Shown here one piece after another: positions 24,526 to 36,617 of a DNA stretch of 64,000 nt (positions within the stretch are counted from its first letter, which is position 1; each line of letters opens with the position of its first letter). The stretch covers positions 6,249,190 to 6,313,189 of the forward strand of contig NC_085846.1 in assembly GCF_035594765.1 (NCBI RefSeq), read 5' to 3'. A program made the translations under genes and the position numbers. The notes beneath the pieces are model-generated. The model worked only from the letters and a program-made list of their open reading frames with translations, ran no database searches and was not told the origin of the DNA. Source of the DNA: Anolis carolinensis. Lineage: Eukaryota.

Positions 24526-25673
24526 GTGTTACTATATATGTCTGTCTATATCTATCTTATCTATCTATCTGATGTTGTGGAAGCAATGAGGTACATATAA
24601 TTTCTCCAAACTGAAATGTTTATACAGTATGTATTATTATATATGTCTATCTATAACTGCGCTCCATGCAGTCATGCTGGCCACATGACCTTGGAGGTGT
24701 CTATGGACAACGCTGACTCTTCAGCTTAGAAATGAAGATGAGCACCAACCCCCAGAGTCGGAAACGCCTGGACTTAATGTTAGGGGAAAACCTTTTCCTT
24801 TACCTATCTATATACCTATCCCAATGCTTATACAGTATGTATTATAAATGTGTATCTATCTATCTGATGTTGTGGAAGCAATGTGGTATAAATAATATCT
24901 CCAAACAGCAGTGTTCATGGAGTATGTAATTTTATGTATGTTTAACTATCTGTATCCATCTATCTGATGTTGTGGAAGCAATGCAGTATAAATTATATCT
25001 CCAAACTGCAATGTATTGTTTATACAGTATGTATTATTATATATGTCTGTCTATCTATCTATGGCCTGGGGGCCAGATGCGACCCTTTGGGCGCTTACCT
25101 CAGGACCTCATTTTCCCTGTCCTCTTGGCATAAGGACATGGCAGCCCATCAAGTCCTTATGTCAAAAAGATGGGGGAGATAGGCACGCAGCAGCTGAGAA
25201 CCCTCTGGAGCATTCCTAGCCACCACCTGTCGTTCCCTCCTCCCAGCATAATGCCAAGAGGATAGCCCAAGGATCGGAGAAGGGGGATCAGGAGGAGAAT
25301 CGGGGCAGCTGACGCGTGTCTCGCCTTCCTCCTGAAGTGAGCAGTCCCGTCCTTATGCCAAGAGGACAACCTGAGGATGACCTGGGCCCTGCTCTGCCCC
25401 CTCCTTGCCCCACCCTCTGCTGGGCTATCCTCCCTTCTGGCCGAGCCCACAATGTGAGCCCAAAGCAAAAAAGTTTGCCCATGCCTGATGTATCTGATGT
25501 TGTGGAAGCAGTGTAGTATAAATAGTCTCCAAACTGTAATGTTTATACAGGATGTACATTTATATATGTCTGTCTATGGGCCCTTCTACACAGCCGTATA
25601 ACCCAGAATATCAAGGCAGAATAACCCACCATATCTGCTTTGAACTGGAATTTCTGAGTCCATACTACCATAT

Positions 25674-26157
25674 GCCGGGCTGTGGCGCAGGCTGGTGGGC
25701 AGCCAGCTACAATAAATCACTCTGACCAAGAGGTCATGAGTTCAAGGCCAGCCCATGGCCGGGTGAGCACCTGGCAATTAAAAATAAAAAAATAGCCCCT
25801 GCTCATTGCTGACCTAGCAACCCGAAAGATAATTGTATCTATCAAGTAGGAAATTAAGGTACCACTTATAAAGTGGGGAGGCTAATTTAACTAATTTACG
25901 ACTCCATAAAAATTATCCAGCCGCCATTGGAATGAGAACGTGCCGTTGCAGTGGATGATGAAGCAGCTGCTCCCCCTGTGGCCGGAATCGAACATCCCCT
26001 CAGGAGAAGGTTAAATTGTGTCTGTGTCTGTCTTTGTTCTATGTGTATATGGCATTGAATGTCTGCCTTATATGTATATACAATGTGATCCGCCCTGAGT
26101 CCTCTTCGGGGTGAGAAGGGCAGAATATAAATACTGTAAATAAATAAATAAATAAAA
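25674..26157 (+). mobile_element. Anolis-type tRNA-derived SINE, full length, nested in a MITE (~25578-26212)
   Basis: Head gccgggctgtggcgcagg, tail ccgccctgagtcc...ggtgagaaggg...(taaa)n. Confidence 0.75.
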
Positions 26158-26648
26158 TATATCCCAGTTCAAAACAGATAATGTGGGATTTTATTGAGCT
26201 GTGTGGAAGGGACCTATCTGTCTATATCCATCTATGTATCTATCTGCGGTTGTGCAAGCAATACAGTATTAATATCTCCAAACTGCAATGTTTATACAGT
26301 ATGCATTATTAGATATGTATATCTCTATCTCTCTGATGTTGTGGAAACAATGCAGTCTAAACAGTATCTGCAAACTGTCGTTATTTCCTTTTGAGGGGAT
26401 TGAGGGCAGAGCAAAAGCATTTTTCAAACCGAAAATATGCTGAGTTTTTTTAAGTATTTTCAGCGGAGTTTTAAAAATGTCATGCCACTTGATTGCCAAG
26501 TCTAGCGATTTCTCTCTTAAAGCTAAGGGAAAGTGAATGACTAACACAACTTACTTGATTATTGTGACATAATGACAAGAAGTTCCATTTCAGTTATTCA
26601 TTGGCATGATCACCCCTTGTTGTGTGTTATTTTCTCTGCCTTTTCTAG

Positions 26649-26725
26649 GTGATCTCTTGATGAAACCAATCCTAGAAGCAGCAGGGAAAGACATTAGCCA
26701 TTGGTTCAACCCCAAAACCAAAGAT
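26649..26725 (+). CDS. CYB5D1: CYB5D1 exon 2 ([26 protein letters not shown])
   Basis: tag acceptor, gtgagt donor, DISHWF motif. Confidence 0.95.
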
Positions 26726-27265
26726 GTGAGTACCTGCAAGCTCCAAAAATCAGGGTAACTTCCATCTAAGTCTAACTCAGAGAGGTAACTTTTTATTTGG
26801 TTTAAGAGTTTTCACCTCCACATTTTCTTATTTAACTTTATGGTCTCCAGTATCCTTTAGATTAAAAATGTAAGAAGATAAAAGGCAAAACAAGAAAAGA
26901 TGCATACCAGGCTAAAGTACTAAAATAGGATGAACCAGAACATGTGCCAGCTTTGGCCCTCAAGGTGTTTTGGACTTCAACTCCCAAAATTCCTAATAAC
27001 TCATTGGCTGTTAGGAATTGTAGGAGTTCAAGTCCAAAACACCTGGAGGGCCAAAGTTGGCCCATGCCTGGGATAAACCAATGCAGTATTCTGAAAGCTT
27101 TGAAACAATTTATAAAGTGCCTGATACTAAAATCTAAATGAATAGTTTGATGATCACCTCTCTACTCCTTCATCCAAGTCTTTATGGAAATCCATTCTCC
27201 TATTTGCTAAGTGTAGAAATAAGAGCTCCTCATTAACCAATTTACCATTCCTTTCTTCCTTCCAG

Positions 27266-27484
27266 ATACAGACACACATTGATCCTCTAACGGGATGTCT
27301 CAAATATTATACCCCGCAAGGCCGCTTTGTGCACATTCCACCTCCGCTGCCTCGCTCAGACTGGGCCAATGACTTTGGTAAGCCCTGGTGGAGAGATCCC
27401 AAATATGAGGTGGGCATCTTGTCCTCCAAAACAAGGCATATACGAATCATCAACACTCTGACCTCTCAGGAGCATACCCTTGAG
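27266..27484 (+). CDS. CYB5D1: CYB5D1 exon 3 ([11 protein letters not shown]...[12 protein letters not shown]...SQEHTLE)
   Basis: cag acceptor, gtaagt donor, 219 nt. Confidence 0.95.
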
Positions 27485-27708
27485 GTAAGTCCTGTCCCAT
27501 CTCTACATTGAATTTGTATTAAAAAATTAAGCATTTGACTCCTATGTTGCTAAAGCTTTGGTAAGATGATGTTATGGAAGTCAAACAGCGATACCATGTG
27601 TCTTCTGCTCCATCCTATGTCTTAAAGGATATGGCAGCTGGAGGGAGTTCTTTGGTTCTGGGATGCATTCTGATCCTCTTGTAATTCCACTCCTGGAGTT
27701 TTCTGCAG

Positions 27709-27939
27709 GTATGTTCAGAGGAAAACATGTGGGAGATCTTGCGACGCTATCTCCCTTACAATGCCCATGCTGCTAGCTACACATGGAAATATGAAAGAGT
27801 CAATCTAGACATGGAGAAGACCCTTCAACAAAATAACATTCCAGATGAGGATGAAGAGTTCTACGAGCTCAACATGGATGCCGATGCCTTCACACCAGCC
27901 ATCTTACTGTACTTCAATGATGATCTCACTGAGCTCTAG
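27709..27939 (+). CDS. CYB5D1: CYB5D1 exon 4 ([18 protein letters not shown]...[11 protein letters not shown])
   Basis: Conserved C-terminus YFNDDLTEL; total 217 aa. Confidence 0.95.
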   Translation, partial: VCSEENMWEILRRYLPYNAHAASYTWKYERVNLDMEKTLQQNNIPDEDEEFYELNMDADAFTPAILLYFNDDLTEL

Positions 27940-30900
27940 GTAACTCTCTGGAAATGTTATGTGGCTTGGTTCTGAGGTACCCCCTGTGTGATAGTGGGTT
28001 CTTCCTCTGACCTCTTAGAACTCTGTTCCATTTTGTTAACTCACTTAGTGCCCACTTGCTTGTCCTTTCTTTTAATTTCCTCTATGTGGTTTTCTTTCCC
28101 CTGACATTTTTAATGTGAAATAGCCCACTAATTCAGTTCACCTTTCAGTGGTGGCATCTTTTGGGTTCCCGTGGGCAAGAGTTGTGAGGAGCCATAAATG
28201 ACTAGAGATAATGGGGAGCCTTTGAGTTCCAGCTCTTATCAGCCTCAACCAGCATAACCAAAGACCAAGAGTGATAGCAGCTATAGTCCAACAACAGGTA
28301 GAGGGACACCAGTATCCCACCTTTAGAGCCGACCAATGTTTCTTACAGAATTGATTGGCACAAAGGATTCTTCATTAGACTGAACTGAGGAAACATTCTA
28401 CTACAACTTATAATTAAAAATACTTAAGGTGCTGGGTGTTCTCAGTAGATAGATGTAGCTGGGATACTGAGAAAATAATTCTGAAAACAGGATGAGTTCT
28501 GGAACAGTTTCCTCCAGTCAGAGGAAGGTAGGTTGTCATGAAAAACTCTTTGCGTGAACTATGCGAACTTCATTTACTCTATATTTATCACTTAGGAACT
28601 AATGATCCATCTCTCGTATCAAAACTGTGGCACCTGCTTTTCCTGCACAGACCACAGAGGTATTTCCCCTCAAGCTCCCTTGGAATCAGGTACTACGAAA
28701 ATAACAAATGCAGCTCTGCTGAAATGTCATGCCAGGCAGCAGTCTCCCATTTCAGTGAAATGCTTTCTGGTTTAGAGACATACAACCTTTTTTCTTGCAA
28801 TGAATGAATCCATCTTTACAGAACAATTAAAAATCATTATTTACAAAAACCAAATCTTTTGTTCATCTTTGGGAGGGGGGGCTGGGGGCAGAAGGAACTT
28901 TTGTGGCCATTTGTTCGTGTCAGGGTTGCATTTGGTCTCCCAGTACCAGGCACTGCTATTTGCTGAAGGTGAAGAAGTGCCAAAAGTTATTACTTCCAGT
29001 GACTCAGATGAATAGGTTCTTGAAATATGATTTTACAGGCCCATGGATATGTCCATATCTTGCCTTGTTTCGCTCATCTTAAAATTCCTGAGCAAGTTAC
29101 CACTCTTTGCCAGTAGATGTCATCTGTGGCTCATCTAGCAGCCATTTTGAAGCTGCAACCATTCGTAAAATGGTTTTATATAGAAAACAGTGAGTCTTGG
29201 GGAACAGCGCAATATTCCCCAATGTGATGATGTTTGAGAGAAATACAGCTATTATTTTCTTTTTCTTTTGGGTCATAATGGAAGGGAGAGGAATAGCATT
29301 TAATACACAACCTTTGGTGGCTTGTGGTCCAAGCTGGAGGGATCATCTCACAGTGGTAAGATGGAACCACCTGGCTCACATCATGATCTGCCAGCATTGA
29401 ACCAAACTCAGATTTGGTTCTTAATATTACTAGTATCCTCTGTCCATACTGAGACCCTGGTGGCAACTGAATTATAATCGCTGTTCAGCTATGAAGTCAG
29501 TGGGTCAGCTTGGGTCAGCTTAACTTACTTTAGAGGTAAGAATGCAGATCTGTATGAATGGTAGGAGTACTGTACAGAAAAGACATCACTGGTTGGGCTG
29601 TCTTCTCCCATCATAATACTGATATGCTGGGGAAATCAGCATTCTTCTCGTGTGCCTCTATTTCCCATCTTTTTGAAGAGGAAAATAGTTATCAGGGCCA
29701 TATTCCATTTTTTTTTAGCTTACTCTCTATGTTTAGAATTGCAGATTCTGCTTTGACTGCAGATTGCAATATCTGCTTTGACACACTATAGACAATACAT
29801 GTATAGAAAAAAATCAATGCATTCCCATGCACTTGAGAAGTATACGTATTTCTCCCCACCTTTAACCAAATGTCACTGTATCCTTACAGTTCATTAATAG
29901 GGTTATAGATTTTGATAGCTGGTATCTTCTGGTATTTTCGAATCCTATACAAATTGGACTGAACCATTCATAAAAAATTACCATATTAAAGAGCTCCATC
30001 AGTGTTGAACTATTCAACAGTTCTAAAAACGGAGAACTTGCTATTTAAAATAGAGGACTTAAAAGAACTCCATATCTACCTGAGAATTATCAAAATGTGC
30101 TTATTACAATGCAAAATCATCATGTTGCTTCTAAAGTGCACTTTGACAGATTTTCATTAGTATTGGGGAGCAGCCATTGGGAGAGCATCTCAGTGTGCTT
30201 TTGACTTTAGAGCGCACTCCTTAGAGGTTGCTAATCAAAGGTAGTTTTTAGCTCAGCGAGCAGATTCGAATAGGACACACACAGAGAAGAAAGGGTTTCT
30301 CAGTCTCCAGTTCTGCAATATGACACAAGAGACATCTGTGGATCATACTACAAGGACATCACCCAGTTTAGCAGAAAAGGAGCAATTGAGAGCACAGCCA
30401 TACTAGACCCCTGGGGAGCAGGGAAATCCTGTGGAGAAGGATCTCCCCTCCAGTCGGGAAACTTGTGTGTTAATTGTCCGATGGGTGTTTCTTTCCCAGC
30501 AAGGAGCAGCTGGGCTCTCCGCCTGCTGACCTATGCCTGTAGACAAAGTGGCAGCGCTTTGAGAGAGGCAATGGGTGGGATCTTGCTTCAGAAGGTGAGA
30601 ACATGACAGGTCTCAAGGGGAAGTTACTGAATGAACAAAGCTTAAACTTTAAAAGGCAGTATCTGACATAACCCCAAATGTTTGTGAATGTTAAGCTCAA
30701 AGTTGCTCCTTATTGCAGGCTGTCATGGAAACTTAGCATGAGTGGAAGGGACATAGAGGATTCCTATCCTCAACCTGCACAACTGAAAAAGACTGGCAGG
30801 TAGGATATTTTCTCACAGCAAAAAGGAATAATTTAAAGCGTGCTTTGAACCAAACAGGCATTAAACACACCTTAGTTCTAAATACATTGTGTGGAAAGAG

Positions 30901-32135
30901 GTCCCACTGCTGTTAGTGCAACTAATCTCATAATCAAACATTTGGAACATGTGGTTTGGTCCTCCAAAGACCAATTAGATTCTAGCAGTTTGATTTTCAA
31001 AAGTCTTTCCCCTGTTGCTATTAGAAGATATAAGATTGATGGATTCATCCATTCAGAGAACAGCTGGATTGCCTATTGCAAGTGAAATAGTACAAAAGAA
31101 AGGAGAAAGATTTGCTTCTTAGGCTAGCCTCTTAGAAACGCCCTTTCATAAATATGTGAAATATCTGCCTTTTAAAAATCTAGAGATGTGGAATGTGGAT
31201 TTTATATTGTATGCCATTAAAGGAAACCTCTTTTGGATAGGAAGATGATCAGATTGTCAGAGGAAAAGGGCCAGAAGAGCTAAAATATCTATAGGCAGCA
31301 TATGGATTGTCCATATGAGGATGGTGGAGTGTCTTCTCAAGAACAACCCCCACAGCCCCTTTTTCACTTGCTCCTCAGTTTTTGACAAGTCAGGCCTGTT
31401 CCCTAGGCTTTTACAAATACTGCTCGCATGTACAGCAAAAATACCACATGGGCAAAAAGGTCATATCATGAAGCAGCAAGACTGAATCAGGTACATATCC
31501 TGGGTATACCTTTTGTTCAAATCTCCAATTCGCTGGAATGAAGATGAAGTTCTCCCAGATAGTTGAAGATAAGAGTTCCTTCAGTCACAAGGTCTGATGG
31601 AAGGGATGAGATTATTTTCTTTCTTCTGCCACAGCCTCTTTGCTTGGTTGCAGCTCTCATGATCCTTCTGTGAATTCACTCATTCATATATCACTTTTGG
31701 TAAGGGGGGGGGGGGAATGAAGAATGGCTTAGAGTGCATAATAATGTGGCAGTGTTCCTGTTGACTCTGCAGTGGGCTTGCAAATTACATTATATACAAA
31801 ATCTGGTGCAAAAAGTACCAGGAAAACTTGAATCCTTATTGTTTGCTTGTTGTGTGCCAAGTTGTTTCCAAGTTATGAAGATCTTAAGAGTGAACTGATC
31901 ATGGGGATTTCTTGACCAGATCTGTTCAGAGTTTTGCCTTTGCCCTTCTCTGAAGCTGAGAATGTAACTTCCCCAAGGTCACCCAGTGGCCAATAGGCAT
32001 TTGAACCCTGGCCTCCAGAGTCAGTCCAATACTCAAATAACTATATGCTGCTGGATTCTTGATTGAATATGCAAAAAGGTAATGTTTTATGGGCCACAAA
32101 GAGTTGGCTCACAATGATATCAATGAATTACAGGC

Positions 32136-32185
<50 letters not shown>
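32136..32185. repeat. (ATT)n microsatellite
   Basis: Direct reading. Confidence 0.95.
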
Positions 32186-32186
<1 letters not shown>

Positions 32187-33850
32187 GTATTTATACCCCA
32201 CTTTATCTCTCCTGCAGGAGAGATCACAAAATGTCAATATAAATGTTAGTGAATATTGTCACAGTAAATAGTGGAACATATACTTGCAATGCAAAAAAAA
32301 ACAAAACAAAAAAACAATTCAATCTCTGCCATTTTCCTCTAAAGATCTGGAACAGACTTCTGTTTGAATCATTGAAGTACACAGTGCAACAGCCTGGCTT
32401 GATGCTACCTTAGACCATTAAGTGGTAGAAAGGCAAGATGAAAATTACATTAATAAAGATGGACCAATGATCTGATTTGGAATAAGGCCCAATGGCCGCT
32501 TTCTGTGCTCCTAACATCCATGTTCCATTCCCCAGCATTTGTAGTATCTTCTTTGGAATATTTATCTCCCTCTTCTGTCTCTTGGGCCAGCACATCAAAC
32601 TCTTTCAGGTATGGCGGAGACAAAGGGCATCTGTTTACACCTGCATAGCAACAAGTAGGCCCCACGCTCTCATAACACCAAGCCAGCTGTTCTTCCTCTT
32701 TACCTTCTCAGAGAGCTGTCCTTGGCAGCTATTGTAGGGCAAGTGTAGGTAATGAAATAGGACTGGAATGCTAAACATTGTCGTGTACCAATTGATCACA
32801 TTACATCAAGGATCGAGTCAGTTCTATCAGGAAGAGATAGGATCCATCATCCAGACTTCATCTTTGACAAATCCTGTTCAACCTTTTAAGAAAGCAGAAC
32901 TGATTTTGCTATGGATGTCTTTCCTTTCTCCTCTATTTCCCCTTCTTGAGCCACCTTCTTGCCTCCTTGTGACTCACACAGATGGGCATACAGGAGTGGA
33001 ATTGCAATTTGGCCCTCTTCTTTTTGGAATTGCAATTTGGCTTTCTCCTCTTCTGTAGGAAGAGTGGCTCTTCTGTAGAGGGCTTGGCAGGGTGCCTGTA
33101 GGATAATTCACCCTTTATTTCCTGGCAGATTCTACTTGTCATTTGGCAACTCCGAGGTTTAAGTCCCTTACACATTTTGCTGGAAGGAAGACCCCTTATA
33201 AACAGTGTGTGATAAACATGTGGTAAGAGCTCTTTGATAGTGGAATATGATGCCTGAAAAGCAGTGAACCATGGGCATTTCTTGTTCAGAATTCCAAAAT
33301 CTGAAACTTCCATATGAGTTGCTGATATATAGCATTTGTATTTAAACACGGGTACTAACTCCAAAATATATTATGTGTTTATGTGCAAATACAGGTATTC
33401 CAAAATGCTTGGATTCTTCCCTGGGAGAATAATGAAATAGCAAGTTATTCTGCTTTTAAATTTTTAATGTTTACATTCTATTCTATGCTTTGTTTTCAAA
33501 TGCTTATTTGTTTAAACACGTATTTTAGCGGTGTGATGCCTAATTGTCGTAATGTTTCACCATTGTCTTATGTTGGTGTCAAATGTGATAATTTATTTGT
33601 TTTTGGCTGCATTTGAAGGCATTGAATGTTTGCCGTTGTATGTTGTGAACCTCCCTGAGTCTGCACTGGAGAAACAGTGTGGGATAGAAATATAAGTTTT
33701 AATAATAATAATAATAATAATAATGGATTACAAGTACAATAAATAAATTAAAATCTGAAAAAATCTGAAATTCAAAACATTATTTGGTCTCAGGCATTTT
33801 GGGTAAGGGGTGCTTAATCTGTCCTATAAGAACTATAATAAAACCATATT

Positions 33851-36617
33851 ATAGAATCATAGAATCATAGAATCATAGAATAGTAGAGTTGGAAGAGACC
33901 ACATGAGCCATCTAGTCCAACCCCCTGCTAAGAAGCAGGAAATCGCATTCAAAGCACCCCCGACAGATGGCCATCCAGCCTCTGCTTAAAAGCCTCCAAG
34001 GAAGGAGCCTCCACCACGGCCCCGGGGAGAGAGTTCCACTGTCGAACAGCTCTCACAGTGAGGAAGTTCTTCCTGATGTTCAGGTGGAATCTCCTTTCCT
34101 GTAGTTTGAAGCCATTGTTCCGTGTCCTAGTCTGCAGGGCAGCAGAAAACAAGCTTGCTCCCTCTTCCCTATGACTTCCCTTCACGTATTTGTACATGGC
34201 TATCATGCCTCCTCTCAGCCTTCTCTTCTGCAGGCTAAACATGCCCAGCTCTTTAAGCCGCTCCTCATAGGGCTTGTTCTCCAGACCCTTAATCATTTTA
34301 GTCGCCCTCCTCTGGACGCTTTCCAGCTTGTCAACATCTCCCTTCAACTGTGGTGCCCAAAATTGGACACAGTATTCCAGGTGTGGTCTGACCAAGGCAG
34401 AATAGAGGGGGAGCATAACTTCCCTGGATCTAGACGCTATTCCCCTATTGATGCAGGCCAGAATCCCATTGGCTTTTTTAGCAGCCGCATCACATTGTTG
34501 GCTCATGTTTAACTTGTTGTCCACGAGGACTCCAAGGTCTTTTTCGCACACACTGCTGTCAAGCCAGGCGTCCCCCATTCTGTATCTTTGATTTCCATTT
34601 TTTCTGCCGAAGTGAAGTATCTTGCATTTGTCCCTGTTGAACTTCATTTTGTTAGTTTTGGCCCATCTCTCTAGTCTGTCAAGATCGTTTTGAATTCTGC
34701 TCCTGTCTTCTGGAGTGTTAGCTATCCCTCCCAGTTTTGTGTCGTCTGCAAACTTGATGATCGTGCCTTCTAACCCTTCGTCTAAGTCGTTAATAAAGAT
34801 GTTGAACAGAACCGGGCCCAGGATGGAGCCCTGCGGCACTCCACTTGTCACTTCTTTCCATGATGAAGACGACGCATTGGTGAGCACCCTTTGGGTTCGT
34901 TCGCTTAGCCAATTACAGATCCACCTAACCGTAGTTTTGTCTAGCCCACATTTTACTAGTTTGTTTGCCAGAAGTTCGTGGGGGACTTTGTCGAAGGCCT
35001 TACTGAAATCCAGGTACGCTACATCCACAGCCTTCCCTGTATCGACCCAACTCGTAACTCTATCGAAAAAAGAGATCAGATTAGTCTGGCATGACTTGTT
35101 TTTGGTAAATCCGTGTTGACTATTAGCAATGACCGCATTTGTTTCTAAGTGTTCGCAGACCACTTCCTTAATGATCTTTTCCAGAATTTTGCCTGGTATT
35201 GATGTGAGGCTGACCGGACGGTAATTGTTTGGGTCGTTCTTTTTTCCCTTCTTGAAGATAGGGACCACATTCGCCCTCCTCCAATCTGCTGGGACTTCTC
35301 CCGTTCTCCAAGAACTCTCGAAGATAATTGCCAGTGGTTCTGAAATAACTTCCGCTAGTTCCTTCAGTACTCTTGGGTGTAGCTGATCTGGCCCTGGGGA
35401 CTTGAATTCGTTTAGAGAGCCCAAGTGTTCCTGGACAACTTGTTTCCCTATTTGGGGTTGGATTTCCCCCAATCCTTCGTCCATTCCGTGTTGCTGAGGT
35501 TGAAGATGGCTTTCTTTTTCTGAGAAGACCGTGGCAAAGAAGGCATTAAGTAGTTCTGCCTTTTCCCTGTCCCCTGTCGCCATCACCCCATCTTCTCCTT
35601 GCAATGGCCCTATCGCCTCCTTTTTCTTACTTTTTCTACCAACGTAAGCAAAAAAGCCTTTTTTGTTGTTTTTTATGTCCCTGGCAAGCCTGAGCTCATT
35701 TTGCGCTTTAGCCTTGCGAACCTTTTCCCTACAGGTGTTGGCTATACGTTTGAATTCTTCTTTGGTGATTTCTCCCCTTTTCCACTTCTTGTGCATGTCA
35801 CTTTTGAGCTTTAGCTCAGTTAGAAGTTCTTTGGACATCCATTCTGGCTTCTTTGCACTTGTCTTATTTTTCTTCTTTGTTGACACTGTTTGCATTTGCG
35901 CCTTGAGTATTTCACTTTTGAAAAACTCCCATCCATCCTTAACTCCCTTGTTTTTTAATATCGGCGTCCATGGAATGCCGCTCAGTAATTCCTTCATTTT
36001 TTGGAAGTCAGCTCTCTTAAAGTCCAGAATGCATGTTTGACTTGTCTTAGTTTCAGCATTCCTTTGTATTGCAAACTGCAGGAGCACATGGTCACTTGCC
36101 CCTAAGGATCCAATCACTTCAACTGTATTGATCAGGTCTTCCACATTTGTTAAGATTAGATCAAGAGTTGCTGATCCCCTTGTTGCCTCTTCTACCTTCT
36201 GGACCATAAAATTATCTGCAAGGCAAGTGAGGAATTTGTTGGACTTTGTACTCTTGGCTGAGTTTGTTTTCCAGCAGATATGGGGATAATTGAAATCGCC
36301 CATGACTACTATATCTCTTCTTTGTGCCTGTTTGGTCAGCTGTTGACAGAAGGCTTCATCAAGTCCTTCATCCTGACTCGGAGGTCTGTAGTAGACACCC
36401 ACGACAAGATCTTTTTGAGTCCCGGTTCCCTTGATTCTTATCCAGATGCTTTCAAGCTGGTTTCCCGGATTACAGTCTTGCATTTCTTCTGCAACGTAAC
36501 TGTTTTTGACATATAAAGCTACTCCCCCTCCTCTCCCCTTTGTTCTATTTCTGTGAAAGAGGTTATAGCCCTCAATGGTTAAATTCCAGTGATGGGAGTC
36601 ATCCCACCAGGTTTCAG
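33851..36617 (-). mobile_element. CR1 LINE, 5'-truncated, uninterrupted ORF2 (partial APE endonuclease + RT)
   Basis: 844-aa ORF 33949-36483 with VMGDFN, SDH, GVPQGS and KFADD; frame stays open to 36615 (ETWWDD); (ATTCTATG)n 3' tail at 33851-33880. Confidence 0.97.

Larger units (their letters stand above)
23870..26385. repeat. Local tandem repeat (~95-bp unit, about 9 copies) interrupted by several TE insertions
   Basis: Unit tatctatctgatgttgtggaagcaatgcagtataaataatatctccaaactgcaatgtttatacagtatgtattat repeated. Confidence 0.85.

Noticed and set aside
23870-26385. CRISPR-like repeat/spacer appearance
   Set aside because: Eukaryotic intron; units are ~95-bp degenerate tandem repeats and the 'spacers' are recognisable TEs; no cas genes.
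28000-33800. Additional gene between CYB5D1 and the CR1
   Set aside because: No convincing exons or domains; looks like 3' UTR/intergenic DNA with scattered repeat remnants.
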